NCBI GenBank assembly: GCA_951406725.2
Contig: OX597831.1
Coordinates: 1,984,001 to 2,048,000 of the forward strand
Direction: 5' to 3'
DNA: 64,000 nt
From: Octopus vulgaris
Lineage: Eukaryota
Every line of letters starts with the position of its first letter. Within the stretch, counting starts at the first letter, position 1. Positions 1 to 12,005 of this stretch are shown piece by piece. The translations under genes were made by a program, and so were the position numbers. The notes under the pieces are model-generated. The model was not told the DNA's origin and ran no database searches. It saw only the letters and a program-made list of their open reading frames with translations.

Positions 1-191
1 GATAGAAAGAAATACAGAGAGACAGACATACACTGAAATAAAGAGAGAGAAGAAAGGAGAAAAAGCAGTGAGGTACTTTCTGACGTTGACAAATATAGAG
101 AGGTGGGAGGGAGGGAGAGAAAGAAAGAAAAAATTAGAGAGAGAACAAATGAATGGGAGCTGCAGAAGCAGTAAGGGAGAAGGCACGAAGT

Positions 192-255
192 TGTCTCTGC
201 CTTTCTCTCTCTCTCTCTCTCTCTCTCTTCCCTCTCTCACGTCGGCCGGTCTTCC
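192..255 (+). other. Candidate non-coding first exon (pyrimidine-rich, TOP-like) ending at a GTAAGT donor
   Basis: (CT)n/CTTCCCTCTCTC tract, CpG-containing TCACGTCGGCCGG, then CTTCC|GTAAGT at 256; lies in a CpG-retaining zone. Start position uncertain. Confidence 0.4.
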
Positions 256-326
256 GTAAGTTTAATTCTGATGTCAGCAACGGGTTAGTTTTACATTCAA
301 CAGCATCTAGTGGATTTTTTTCACAG

Positions 327-351
327 CAGTGAATATTTTTTCTGATCAACG
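327..351 (+). other. Candidate short non-coding exon
   Basis: TTTTTTTCACAG|CAG (NAGNAG acceptor) ... AACG|GTAAGT at 352. Confidence 0.3.
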
Positions 352-442
352 GTAAGTACTGATAGAACTGATTAAATATATATATATAAACCCATCTATA
401 GAATTGTAACCATCGTCTAAAATTGCTATTTAATGGTCTCAA

Positions 443-453
443 TTCCCGCCAAA
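443..453. promoter_or_regulatory. E2F-type site TTCCCGCCAAA (second site TTTCCCGC at 791-798)
   Basis: Matches the TTTSSCGC/TTTGGCGGGAA consensus; promoter-proximal, CpG-retaining region. Confidence 0.3.
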
Positions 454-1879
454 CTCTTAGAGACCCGCTAACTATATGTGTCTGAGACAGATATTTATCA
501 GATATATAACATTGCCATTTATGTACATTGACCTTACGCTACTGGCACTTCGAGGTTTTGGAAGATTGTGATAGTTCTTGTTCTTTTAGATAATTGCTTT
601 CGGTTTTAGATATCAGTTAGGATTTCTTTATTTTTTTGCTTTTTTTTACTTTTCATTCAATATTGGTATTCCATTTTTTCTTCGGGTTGGGTAATCCTTA
701 ATATTTGATACTTAATCTAAACGAGTACGCATCAACAGGTTATGAATATATTCCGATGAATAAGCAACATGTTTTTTTTATTTTCTTCTTTTTCCCGCAA
801 ACTTATGACCAGCGATTTAATTTTTCGAGAAGTATATACATATACTTTCTGTTACCAGTACAGGTGTGGGTACTTGTACTGTGACTGGTCTCGTAGTCAT
901 GGTATGAGTAAGAAGGGTGTATGTACGCGTATATATGTATATAGATATATGTACACACACACACACCTCCACATATATAAACAAGGGGTGTGAACATTGA
1001 GAAAGAAGGTAGGAAACGAAGTTATTTCACACATCCACTCTGGGAAAAATCCTCTTATTTGTTAATTTGGGCTTAGTACCCGTTGTATTCTTCATATCTA
1101 TTCAGATGACCTGTATTTCTTCAAAAGAAAACGAAGGGACTTGTGCCTTATCTAAATAAACTCCCATTATTCGGTGTGTGGAAGCCAAATAGCCAAAATA
1201 AGAATTTATTGGAAAATAGTTAAATCACTGGGACGAATCAGAATAAATGAATAAATATTAGAAAATTCTGCGGAGTCGGAATCATACGTTTTTTATTTAA
1301 CCCCTATTTTTGTTTATGTGTATACGTTTTCGAATATGCTAAAATATTTTTTCTTTTTAACAAGAAATTGCTTTCAATAAAATATTTTTCTATTGATAAA
1401 ACCCAAAACATACAAAAAAAACCTCCCAAAAAACTACAAATTTCTGAAGCAATATGGTCCAAAAACATTTTCTGATAGCGACAGCTTTATTTGATGCCAT
1501 ATAAGTATATTCAGTACCTTGTCCTCTTGTGATCACTTCAGATTCCTCAATTATGATTGATGGTAATTAGAGGATTAAGGAATTTTATATGATATTCGAT
1601 GGTCGGAGTTTGGTAAGTCCAGGAATGGAAGGAACGTTTGATGTTTGACTTCTCGTTTGCTATGACTTCATATTCGGACAGAACAAACATTTGTTTATAT
1701 TTTGGAGGATTTGCGATAATTAAAGGGAAGTTGGGATGGGGGAAATGTTATTTTCGGTATTCTAGCATGAGTGAATACTAAAAACTCAGTATTCAGCGAT
1801 GCTACTGTGCTAATTAAGACATGGGGCACAATGCCAATATTCGTTAATAATGAAAATGAAGATAATATTAATTAGGCAT

Positions 1880-2095
1880 GGTTGTTGCTTAGCCCCATGT
1901 CAAGCTTGATTTAGCAGGTCCATGATCAAAGATCAAAGGCGTTACAACCGTGACTATCTTGTCTATTTTTTCCTATGTGCAAGTAAATCCAAACCTCGTA
2001 TCCACATCTAACACGTTCATTTTAAATGGCAGGGTGATTTTGAAGGAGATTTGACTGCTATTTCTTGCTGTTCGAGTAACCACATATGAGCTACC
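1880..2095 (-). mobile_element. Ancient SINE-like repeat (family D), degenerate
   Basis: Motifs ttagcccca.gtca..ctgat, atgatcaaaggc, gtgatttgagggagatttggctgctatttctagcagg recur at ~2970, 10330, 18000, 21160, 21540, 29210, 36150, 42000, 47900, 57250, 61320. Confidence 0.65.
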
Positions 2096-3212
2096 TTGTT
2101 GGTTCTGCAGATGGTAATGTCGATATTGTTGTTTGGCACCGAATCAGCTGTACTCAGCCAAATCTATTATAAATATATCAGTCGCGACCATCTCGTCTTT
2201 TATCTACACATTTCTCCTTCCCATTTTCAATTTAAGGCGATATGTGATTTGAGGGAAATTACAGCTTCTTCCAAGACAGATGTGAAGAATTAGACGGTAG
2301 AGATAACGGGAAATTCATTGTAAAGATTAATTCCTTTAATAGTTTCCATCAGTGTTCAGTTATGTATAGTTGTTTGGGGGTGTCCCGTACATTGCGGTTT
2401 TAAAATGCGGGGTCCCGTTGCTTTTCAGCATCGGTTTTTGTGGTTCCGTTATACACTATGGCACAGGAACGACTTAATGAGTTGTCCTTCATATACATAA
2501 TTCCGAATAGAAACCTTAAGAACAGTAGGACTTCAAATATGTAGATTTAATTTTTTTTTTCTAAGTAAAAAGAGAAGAAAAAACTACACATTTAACGTGG
2601 AAAATATTTAGCACTGGCTTCACCAGATTCTTCAGCAAACGACCGAAGAAATCCTACGTAGAACTGGTATAAACAGCATCTGAAATACTGTGCATGTTGA
2701 ATTAAGAAAAATATTATCTCAATCAATATCTCATTTATGTTTACAGATATTATTAAGTATACATATTTGAGCTTTTTTTAAAAAAAAACTTTATTGTTTG
2801 TATTGCATCTTGTTTTTGTTTTGTCTGAGTTTACGTTTATAATATGAAAGATCGCCCGGGAAGTTATTTCTGTCTTAATACATGTGCGTGCGTGTGTGTG
2901 ATGGTCAATAGAACACATTGTTACTAGGCTTGTATCGTAGCGTTGTCTATGGTCAGTTTTGCTTGGGTAGACTATTTGCTCTTAGGTGAGCTCTGAAGGG
3001 GCAGGCCTATGATCAAAGGCATGCCACCCATGACTACACCGTTTTTAGACATTGTAACTAAGACCCCATTCAATATGTCTTTCACCCCTTCTGTAAAGCA
3101 GTAGGGCATGCCTTCAGGGACATTTTGTTATTTCAAGTAGGTTAAACAAACTCGTAGAGGGGCTCCTCTCCCTCGTGCCTTGAAATCTAGCCTGGGACCA
3201 TTACAAAAGTTA

Positions 3213-3303
3213 GGCGGAGGTAAATAATACGCACACCACCCGTTTTCGGCGAAGCAAAAGCCCTAACCCTAAACACCGGTTGTGCGTATTCTTTATTTTG
3301 GCC
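3213..3303. mobile_element. 91-bp Merlin/MULE-like MITE
   Basis: TIRs GGCGGAGGTAAATAATACGCACA / TGTGCGTATTCTTTATTTTGGCC; perfect 9-bp TSD CAAAAGTTA (3204-3212, 3304-3312); internal CCCTAACCCTAA. Confidence 0.8.
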
Positions 3304-3391
3304 CAAAAGTTAGAGGTAACAGGGGAATCTCTTTGTTAAATGTTTCCAACAGTTGTGTCGAGAGACTTTAGTGTGTCACGGTTGGGTTGCC

Positions 3392-3540
3392 TCCGCCGAG
3401 TTCGACTTTGCCTTTCATCCTTTCGGGGTCGATAAATTAAGTACCAGTTACGCACTGGGGTCGATGTAATCGACTTAATACCTATGTCTGTCCTTGTTTG
3501 TCCCCTCTATGTTTAGCCCCTTGTGGGTAATAAAGAAATA
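3392..3540 (+). mobile_element. SINE family B, 5'-truncated
   Basis: tcgactttgcctttcatcctttcggggtcgataaattaagtaccag...ttgtgggtaataaagaaata. Confidence 0.85.
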
Positions 3541-4416
3541 GGTATACTGAGCGGCATGCATTGTCCTCACCCATCTCTGTTTTAAAACACTTTTAATACT
3601 TGTTATATATTGTGAAGTCAACTTCTCAACTACATGGATTCGGGTTCAGTCCTCCTGTTTGGCATCTTGGGACAGTATCTTCCATTATAACTCTGGGTTG
3701 ACCAATCCTTGTGAGTGAATTTGGTAGATGGGAACTGTTCAGAAGCCCAACGTGAGATTATGTTAGTCCCTGCTACCTGACAACTGGTGTTGGTTTGTTT
3801 ATGTCCTGTAGCTTAGCAGTTCGACCAAAAACAGCATTACGGAATAATAAGTCCCAGACTTAAAATAAATACTGGGGGCAATTTGTTCTACTACTCCGTC
3901 GAGCACAGTGATCCCTTAGCCAGTGCAGTTGTAAGACATTAAGTACACGGGACAGGTGCCTGTGGGGCTCCAACAGATCCAGGAACTCTGTGCTAATTTG
4001 TGTATGTTGTGGCTTGTTGCCTATTATTAAATACTATAAGTTCTAGTGCATTTCTATGTCTGGGGACATATAATAAAAGAATATAAAGATTTTAAAAAAT
4101 TTATGTGTTGTAATACTTTTAGCACCAGTTTGTGCTGTGGATCAAAAAGAGCTGTAAATTGCTGATCTACTGTGGGGATCAAAATAGAGGGCGGGTTGGA
4201 CGTGGTTGTGTGGTAAGAAGCTTTCTTCCCAACCACATGATTCCAGGTTCAGTCTCACAGCATGGCACTTTGGGCAAGTGTCTTCTACCATCAGGCCATC
4301 CAAAGCCTTATGTGTGGATTTGGTTGATGGAAACTGAAAAAAGCCTGTTGCTTCGTGTGTACTGTTGGCAATTTTTTTCCTCTGTCTTCCCTTCTCTGGA
4401 TCTTTCCTTCTCCTGT

Positions 4417-4451
4417 GTTTCCAACGAAGAGCTCCGCTCGAAACATTAAAC
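4417..4451 (+). ncRNA. Decayed minimal type-I hammerhead ribozyme (Penelope-associated type)
   Basis: GTTT-CCAACGA-A-GAGC tcc GCTC-GAAA-CAT-T-AAAC: stem I GTTT/AAAC, stem II GAGC/GCTC; G5 and stem III lesions are CG>CA decay, position 4 is C. Confidence 0.6.
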
Positions 4452-5199
4452 CCTCCTTCTTTCCTGAGTGTCCAATAATACTATATTTGTTCCACGTCCT
4501 CGCGTCGTTGTGTTTTTTTGTGCTTTCTTGTTTGGATTAACTTTATATATATATATATATACACACATATATAGATATACATATATAATATATTTTCTTG
4601 ATTTATTCAGTGTTGCAATCCAACTTCTCTTAAATAAATGTTGCATATTTTACTTCCTGTATTATTTAGACACTATGCCTCTTTGCCACCAGCAGTGAAA
4701 ATGGGATGGACAATTTACAATAGATGTCGTTTTGAATGATATAGTGTGGGGTTACATATTGTGGTCTTCTCATTTGTCAAAATATATGCTAAAGGATAGT
4801 CTTTATATTTCAACAAAGACAGACAGACATTACACTTGAATGTATAATAGGTCTCCCTGATCATCAGATCTGAAGAACAGAACAGCATAGCTATCATTCG
4901 CAAATGAGTTCAATGGATTTGCTAATTGTTTTAAGTGACTGTGTTATAGTGAAAATGCATACACGCACTCCATGATCTCACACTCATCAAGGATGTAATA
5001 ACTGGAATGAAAGTGCTTGCCCAAGAACACAATGCACATCTCAGTCTAGGAATTGAACCCATGATTGTATGATCATAGAGTTAACACCCAAACCACTAGG
5101 CCACACCTTCACACAGATGTGAATAATAATTTTTTCTTTTTTTTTTGTCACTTGCTGAGTCTAGAAGAATAGGTCAAGCCCATGGCTTTTGCAGCTTCT

Positions 5200-5520
5200 C
5201 TAAGACAGGTGAGCTTGATGCTGTTAATGTTTCAGCTACACTGCTGCATGTCAACACCTTTCGGGATAGATATGAGCAGGAAGGAGATTTTAGAGGGATG
5301 ATGTTCTGGGGAGAAAAGATTGGGTATAGTCGGTAGTACTGGGCTGGTAGGGGATTAGACTTAACAAAAAAGGGTTATGAGAGATGGAGAAATGACTAGT
5401 TCAAGTGGTGTCTGAGTGGTAGCAGTGGTAGGAGGACCAACCAGCTCTGAGGAACAGAGGCCATTAAAGTAGCAATAGAAACGACAAAGAGACGAGGCAA
5501 CATGCCTGGAGCATACCTGT
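5200..5520 (-). pseudogene. LINE (CR1/Jockey-group) ORF2 C-terminal fragment
   Basis: Minus strand reads ...SLCRFYCYFNGLCSSEL...YTQSFLPRTSSL*NLLPAHIYP, typical of LINE ORF2 C-termini. Confidence 0.65.
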
Positions 5521-5583
5521 TAGTGAGTGTGGTTAGTAAGAAGATTTATGAGTTGCTGTTACGAGAGGAGATCCCTTAAAAGG

Positions 5584-5829
5584 TGTAAGGCTGCATATGT
5601 GTATAAATCCAAATTGAGTGAGTGGAGCATGTAAAATGCAGGCTACATGTTTCTTAACTAGCTGATCCTGTCATGTAATTGTTACTCAAGGGGTAAAAAG
5701 TGTGTAACCTTTGATGCCAATAAATTGTTATTGTTCCTGATCAGACATTGTCCACTTTTTGTTCTCTGTACCTGCCATGGACGGCTTGAAGCTTACAAAC
5801 TTCCTACACTTGGATCCCTGGATCTTACC
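5584..5829 (+). mobile_element. Probable solo LTR
   Basis: TGTAAG...CTTAC ends, TATAAA ~5602, AATAAA ~5719; 3' part recurs at 12028-12112 ending in TTACA; no clear TSD. Confidence 0.45.
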
Positions 5830-5859
5830 CTTGTGTATATATATATAATATATACACAC

Positions 5860-6145
5860 ATCATCATCATTTAGCATCCGCTTTCCATGCTAGCATGGTT
5901 TGGACAGTTCAACTGGGGTCTGAGAAGCCAGAAGGCTGCACCAGGCCCAGTCTGATCTGGCAATGTTTCTACGGCTGGATGCCCTTCCTAATGCCAACCA
6001 CTCCGTGAGTGTAGTGGGTGCTTTTTACGTGCCACCGGCACAGGTGCCAGACGAGGCTGTCAAAAACGGCCACAGTCAGATGGTGCTTTTTACGTGCCGC
6101 CGGCACGGGGGCCAGGCGAGGCTGACAACGGCCACGATCGGATCG
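5860..6145 (-). mobile_element. SINE family C (V-domain-like core, (GAT)n tail)
   Basis: catcatcatttagcatccgctttccatgctagcatgg...ggatgcccttcctaatgccaacc. Confidence 0.85.
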
Positions 6146-6530
6146 GATATACATATTCAGAGAGAGTGAGAGTGAAAGAAAGTTGATGCATAGACATCAA
6201 AAGATGAATCCACAATAATTAACAATTCAAGTTATACCAAATTCTTAAACTTCCTTCACATTATTAAATTGCAGTAAATCCAGGTGGGACTGACTTGCAT
6301 GTGTAAACAATCACCTTAAAATGATCTGTAAGAACACTCTATGGTTGCATTGGTATGACGAGTGTGTGTGCAATGAGGAAGAGTTTTCTACAGTCAGACA
6401 CTCTTCTTGTCAATAACTCCTACTTGTTTCCAAGTGGGGTTAATAATCTTCCAGTCTATTGAAAAACAAACAGTTCAGAAAACGTTTACATGGAGAACTG
6501 GAATCAAATGTTATTGAAGTGAACCTTTCC

Positions 6531-6920
6531 TTTCTTTTACTTGTTTCAGTCATTTGACTGTGGCCATGCTGGAGCACCGCCTTTTGTCGAGCAAATCGAC
6601 CCCAGGACTTATTCTTTGTAAGCCTGGTACTTATTCTATCGGTCTCTTTTTCCAAACCGCTAAGTTACGGGGATGTAAACACACCAGCATCAGTTGTCAA
6701 GCGATGTTGGTGGGGGGGGGACAAACACACACATATATATACATATACATATATACGACGGGCTTCTTTCAGTTTCCGTCTACCAAATCCACTCACAAGG
6801 CTTTGGTCGGCCCGAGGCTATAGTAGAAGACACTTGCCCAAGGTGCCACACAGTGGGACTGAACCCGGAGCCATGTGGTTAGTAAACAAGCTACTTACCA
6901 CACAGGCACTCCTGCGCCTA
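6531..6920 (-). mobile_element. SINE family A, full length (tRNA head + CORE-like domain)
   Basis: Reverse of aggcgcaggagtg..tgtgtggtaag (A box), ggttcagtccc (B box), accttgggcaagtg, tail gactgaaacaagtaaaaga. Confidence 0.9.
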
Positions 6921-7542
6921 TGGAATAACTGGAGACAAATGTTATTGAAATGAACCTTTTTCTTTATAAAGATTGTATAACATGTTGAGAATTTTCAGCA
7001 AACTTTCTTAGTGGACTTTAAGAAAATGACACTGTTAGCGAAACATGTAGACAAGAAAATATATCACTCACACAGACCCACTCATGTATATATTTTAGGT
7101 GTGTATATATTTATATACATATAACATTCACACATATATGTATTCTGTCTACCAGATCCATTTACAAGGTTTTGGTTAGCCTAGGTCTACAGTAGAAGAT
7201 GCTTGTCCAAGGTTCCACACAGTGGGACTGAACCCAAAACCACATGGCTGGAAAGCAAACTTCTTTATCACACAACCATATTGCTGCTGCTGAATATCTT
7301 GCATTCTGTATTCAAATCCCTCCAGATGTCAGTAAAATAAATCTTAGCAGCTGAAATGACAATACTAGAGAACCATCCAGTGAAGTGAACTCCTTCAATC
7401 ACTCAGTCCACTTAGGCTGTAAAATGGGTATCACTTGATAGTAATAAGCATACTATACAATTTGATATGACTGTGAAGTTGACTAGTTTTTTTTTGTTTT
7501 TTTTTTTCATTAGCTTTTAGTGTTTTTATCATTTTAGTCAGC

Positions 7543-7830
7543 TGTGAAGGCATGTGGCCCAGTGGTTAGGGTATTGCACTTGTGGTCATAAGATTGTGGT
7601 TTCGATTCCTTGACTGGGCAGTGTTTTGTCTTCTTGAGCAAAACACTGCATTTCACATTGCTCCAGTTCACTCGGCTGTAAATGAGTTCTAGCAGTTGCT
7701 TGGGTCCAAGTTGGACCGACTTTTTGTCCAGTGGGTGGTGGTGGTGGTTTGCAGTCTCAGTCACCTATGCACTGTCAAAACTAAGTTGGGCTCTGGCCTT
7801 ATGAGTCCTAAGGGCTCATGACAGACCTTA
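7543..7830 (+). mobile_element. tRNA-derived SINE (family H-type head)
   Basis: tggcccagtggttagg A box, gtttcgattcc B box, ttgagcaaaacact CORE-like; reverse copies at ~5005-5112 and 43760-43900. Confidence 0.75.
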
Positions 7831-8050
7831 GTCTAAACCTAAGTCATTTAGAGAAGGCAGTACTTGTAGCCCTTCACATGGCCTCCAAGACTAATGGGAG
7901 GAGGGAGGAAGATATCCTCAAACTCAGGTGATGACCTGGCTCTAGGTCTTGCTGTAGAGTAGACTCCACCAAATACATCCAAGCTATCATATAAGTGGTT
8001 TTAAATTGGATTACAGATTAAATCTGTTACCCAAGAAGGCCACAAGATTT

Positions 8051-9581
8051 GAACTCAGAATCCAACAGTTCTACCAATCTACTTTCCTGGTTTGGTACTT
8101 ATTTCCCAATCCTTGGCCTACCAATGCCTTGTGAGTGAATTTGGTAAACAGAAACTGTATGGAAGCCCAACATATATATGTTTGTCCCCTCCACTACTTG
8201 ACAACTAGTGTTGGTTTGTTTATGTCCCTGTAGCTTAGTAGTTTGGCAAAGGAAACTGATAGAATAAATACCAAGCAACGTGCCATTATAGTTAAATATT
8301 TTGGTAGAACTCAGAATCCAACAGTTCTACCAATCTACTGTCCTGGTTTGGTACTTATTTCCCAATCCTTGGCCTACCAATGCCTTGTGAGTGAATTTGG
8401 TAGACAGAAACTGTATGGAAGCCCAACATATATATGTTTGTCCCCTCCACTACTTGACAACTAGTGTTGGTTTGTTTATGTCCCTGTAGCTTAGTAGTTC
8501 GGCAAAGGAAACTGATAGAATAAATACCAAGCAACGTGCCATTATAGTTAAATATTTTGGTAGAACTCAGAATCCAACAGTTCTACCAATCTACTGTCCT
8601 GGTTTGGTACTTATTTCCCAATCCTTGGCCAATCAATGCCTTGTGAGTGAATTTGGTAAACAGAAACTGTATGGAAGCCCAACATATATATGTTTGTCCC
8701 CTCCACTACTTGACAACTAGTGTTGGTTTGTTTATGTCCCTGTAGCTTAGTAGTTCGGCAAAGGAAACTGATAGAATAAATACCAAGCAACGTGCCATTA
8801 TAGTTAAATATTTTGGTAGAACTCAGAATCCAACAGTTCTACCAATCTACTGTCCTGGTTTGGTACTTATTTCCCAATCCTTGGCCAATCAATGCCTTGT
8901 GAGTGAATTTGGTAAACAGAAACTGTATGGAAGCCCAACATATATATGTTTGTCCCCTCCACTACTTGACAACTAGTGTTGGTTTGTTTATGTCCCTGTA
9001 GCTTAGTAGTTTGGCAAAGGAAACTGATAGAATAAATACCAAGCAACGTGCCATTATAGTTAAATATTTTGGTAGAACTCAGAATCCAACAGTTCTACCA
9101 ATCTACTGTCCTGGTTTGGTACTTATTTCTCAATCCTTGGCCAATCAATGCCTTGTGAGTGAATTTGGTAAACAGAAACTGTATGGAAGCCCAACATATA
9201 TATGTTTGTCCCCTCCACTACTTGACAACTAGTGTTGGTTTGTTTATGTCCTTGTAGCTTAGTAGTTCGGCAAAGGAAACTGATAGAATAAATACCAAGC
9301 AACGTGCCATTATAGTTAAATATTTTGGTAGAACTCAGAATCCAACAGTTCTACCAATCTACTGTCCTGGTTTGGTACTTATTTCTCAATCCTTGGCCAA
9401 TCAATGCCTTGTGAGTGAATTTGGTAAACAGAAACTGTATGGAAGCCCAACATATATATGTTTGTCCCCTCCACTACTTGACAACTAGTGTTGGTTTGTT
9501 TATGTCCCTGTAGCTTAGTAGTTTGGCAAAGGAAACTGATAGAATAAATACCAAACAACGTGCCATTATAGTTAAATATTT
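8051..9581. repeat. Tandem array, 6 x 256 bp, built from SINE fragments
   Basis: gaactcagaatccaacag recurs at 8051, 8307, 8563, 8819, 9075, 9331; near-identical units. Confidence 0.97.
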
Positions 9582-9887
9582 AAAATCTTCATCAAGTTAT
9601 TTCCATCATACTTTCACCTCACCAAAGAATAGCTTCTGTCAATTCTGTTGTTAGTTTCTAGTTGTAAATCTCAACATTTGCAGAAATATTCAACCAGCTG
9701 GAAAAAAAAGAAAGAAAGAAAAAGGTAAATGTATATGTATTTAAACATGAAAGAATGTAAAAATTTTTAATTGGATCAAAGTCAGGAAAGTTTTTTGTTT
9801 AGCTCCAGAGCAACTCTGACTAATCAAGCAAGCCTGTTATCAAAGATGTTCAGCTATGATCATCCTATATATATATATATATAAATA

Positions 9888-10317
9888 TTTACTCTTTACT
9901 CTTTTACTTGTTTCAGTCATTTGATTGTGGCCATGCTGGAGCACCGCCTTTTAGTTGACCAAATCAACCCCAGGGCTTATTCTTTGTAAGCCTAATACTT
10001 ATTCTATCGGTCTCTTTTGCTGAACCACTAAGTTACAGGGACATAAACACACCAGCATCGGTTGTCAAGCGATGTTGGGTGGCAAACACAGACACACAAA
10101 CATATACACACATACATATATATATATATATGTATACACACACACATATATACGACGGGCTTCTTTCAGTTTCCGTCTACCAAATCCACTCACAAGGCCT
10201 TGGTCAGCCTGAGGCTATAGTAGAAGACACTTGCCCAAGGTGCCACGCAATGGGACTGAACCCCGAGCCATTTGGTTCGTTAGCAAGCTACTTACCACAC
10301 AGCCACTCCTATGCCTA
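9888..10317 (-). mobile_element. SINE family A, nested in a family D element
   Basis: Full consensus match; family D halves on both sides. Confidence 0.9.
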
Positions 10318-10774
10318 TATATATGAGTTGATAGATGATTGCATTATCCAATGTGTCCTTACCTTTTAAAAGTAGGATGTTATCTGAAGAGATATTGCTG
10401 CTATTTCTAGCAGATCAAGCAAACATACAGAGCCTTCCTTTGTTTGACACTGTTAGTCTCCTAGTTGAAAGACCGAAGGTGTGTTGACTTGTGCAGAGAA
10501 AATACCAAGAACTTGTTATAGTGTATTCTTTCTTGGAAACCCTGAACGTAGACCCTCTGCCAGCAACGATCAGGAGTTGCTTCTTATTAACATTCATATT
10601 GCATTTTGTGAACAACAGTGTTAGTTATGGTTTTATAATGGACCAGTCTCTGCTTCATTTGGTTTCGGATATTGTCTATGCTTCTTGGAAAAAATAAATC
10701 CTACAAGGTATTTCTGTTTGATATACCAGTTTATTGGTTTACCTATTGATGTGTGTGTGTGTGTGTGTGTGTAT

Positions 10775-11399
10775 ATATCCAAAAAAATAAGGAGGGGAAC
10801 AGGTAGAATATTCTTTTACTTGTTTCAGTCATTTAACTGTGGCCATGCTGGAGCACTGCCTTTAGTCGAGCACATCGACCCCAGGACTTATTCTTTGTAA
10901 GCCTAGTACTTATTCTATCAGTCTCTTTTGCCGAACTGCTAAGTTACTCGGACGTAAACACACCAGCATCGGTTGTCAAGCGATGTTGGTGGGGACAAAC
11001 GCAGACACACAAACATATACACACACACATATATATATATACATATATACGACAGGCTTCTTTCAGTTTCCATCTACCAAATCCACTCAAGCTATAGTAG
11101 AAGACACTTGCCCAAGGTACCACGGAGTGGGACTGAACCTGGAACCATGTAGTTCGTAAGCAAGCTACTTACCACACAGCCACTCTTACTGGTTACAATT
11201 GTTTCATAACTAGCTGAAGTTCATTACACAGGTAGTAACGAACACATCATAGCTTAGTTAATCTTCAGGTTGTAGTCACCTCAACAAAGTTTACTTTGTC
11301 ACTGGAAGTAAATAAATTTGTTTACACAATGAACTTCAACTGGTTATGAAGCAATTATAGTCGATATTCTACTTGTTTGACTCCTTATTTTTCGGATAT
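10775..11399. mobile_element. Inverted-repeat element (~75-bp arms), left arm split by a SINE
   Basis: atatccaaaaaaataaggag...gtagaatat[SINE]ggttacaattgtttcataactagctgaagttcatt matches the reverse complement of 11328-11399. Confidence 0.7.
10812..11186 (-). mobile_element. SINE family A
   Basis: Consensus match with a small internal deletion. Confidence 0.9.
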
Positions 11400-11539
11400 T
11401 CACTTTGTTAGTAGCAATTAGTTGCTAAACTGTGAGTTGTATGGAGATAGCTAGCTTATCGAAATTCCATTTAACTTTGATATGGGAAGAACTATGCAAT
11501 TTTCAATGTTAATAAATATGTGTGTGTGTGTGTGTGTAT

Positions 11540-12005
11540 GAAGACCAGTTGAGGCAAGTGAAATCAAAATCAAATTCGATGACTGGCATCCATGCTAGTG
11601 GAGCGCTAAGAGCACCATACGAGTGTGATCGTTGCCAGAGCAACAAACTGGCCTCCGTGCCTGTGGCACATAAAAAGCACCATTTGAGCATGATCGTTAC
11701 CTGCGTTGCCTTACTGGCACCTGTGCTGGTGGCACTACCACTGGACTAGCTCCTGTGCAAGTGGCACATAAAAAGCACCATTTGAGCATGGCTGTTGCCA
11801 GTACCGCCTGACTGGCCCTCGTGCCGGTGGCACATAAAAGCACCCACTACACTCTCGGAGTGGTTGGTGTTAGGAAGGGCATCCAGCAGTAGAAACTCTG
11901 CCAGATCAGATTGGAGCCTGGTGCAGCCATCTGGTTCGCCAGACCTCACTCAAATTGTCCAACCCATGCTAGCATGAAAAGCGGATGTTAAACGATGATG
12001 ATGAT
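11540..12005 (+). mobile_element. SINE family C
   Basis: gtggttggtgttaggaagggcatccagc core; tail gcggatgttaaacgatgatgatg. Confidence 0.85.

Noticed and set aside
420-515. H/ACA snoRNA (two hairpins followed by ACA)
   Set aside because: No ANANNA hinge and no convincing pseudouridylation pockets.
3261-3272. Telomere
   Set aside because: Only two units, internal to a MITE.
6554-6882. Recurring YDGLLSVSVYQIHSQ / RRHLPKVPHSGTEPGTMW peptides
   Set aside because: Incidental reading frames of SINE family A.
8051-9581. CRISPR-like array, or the repeated 73-aa ORFs as genes
   Set aside because: No unique spacers; whole units repeat and derive from SINEs.
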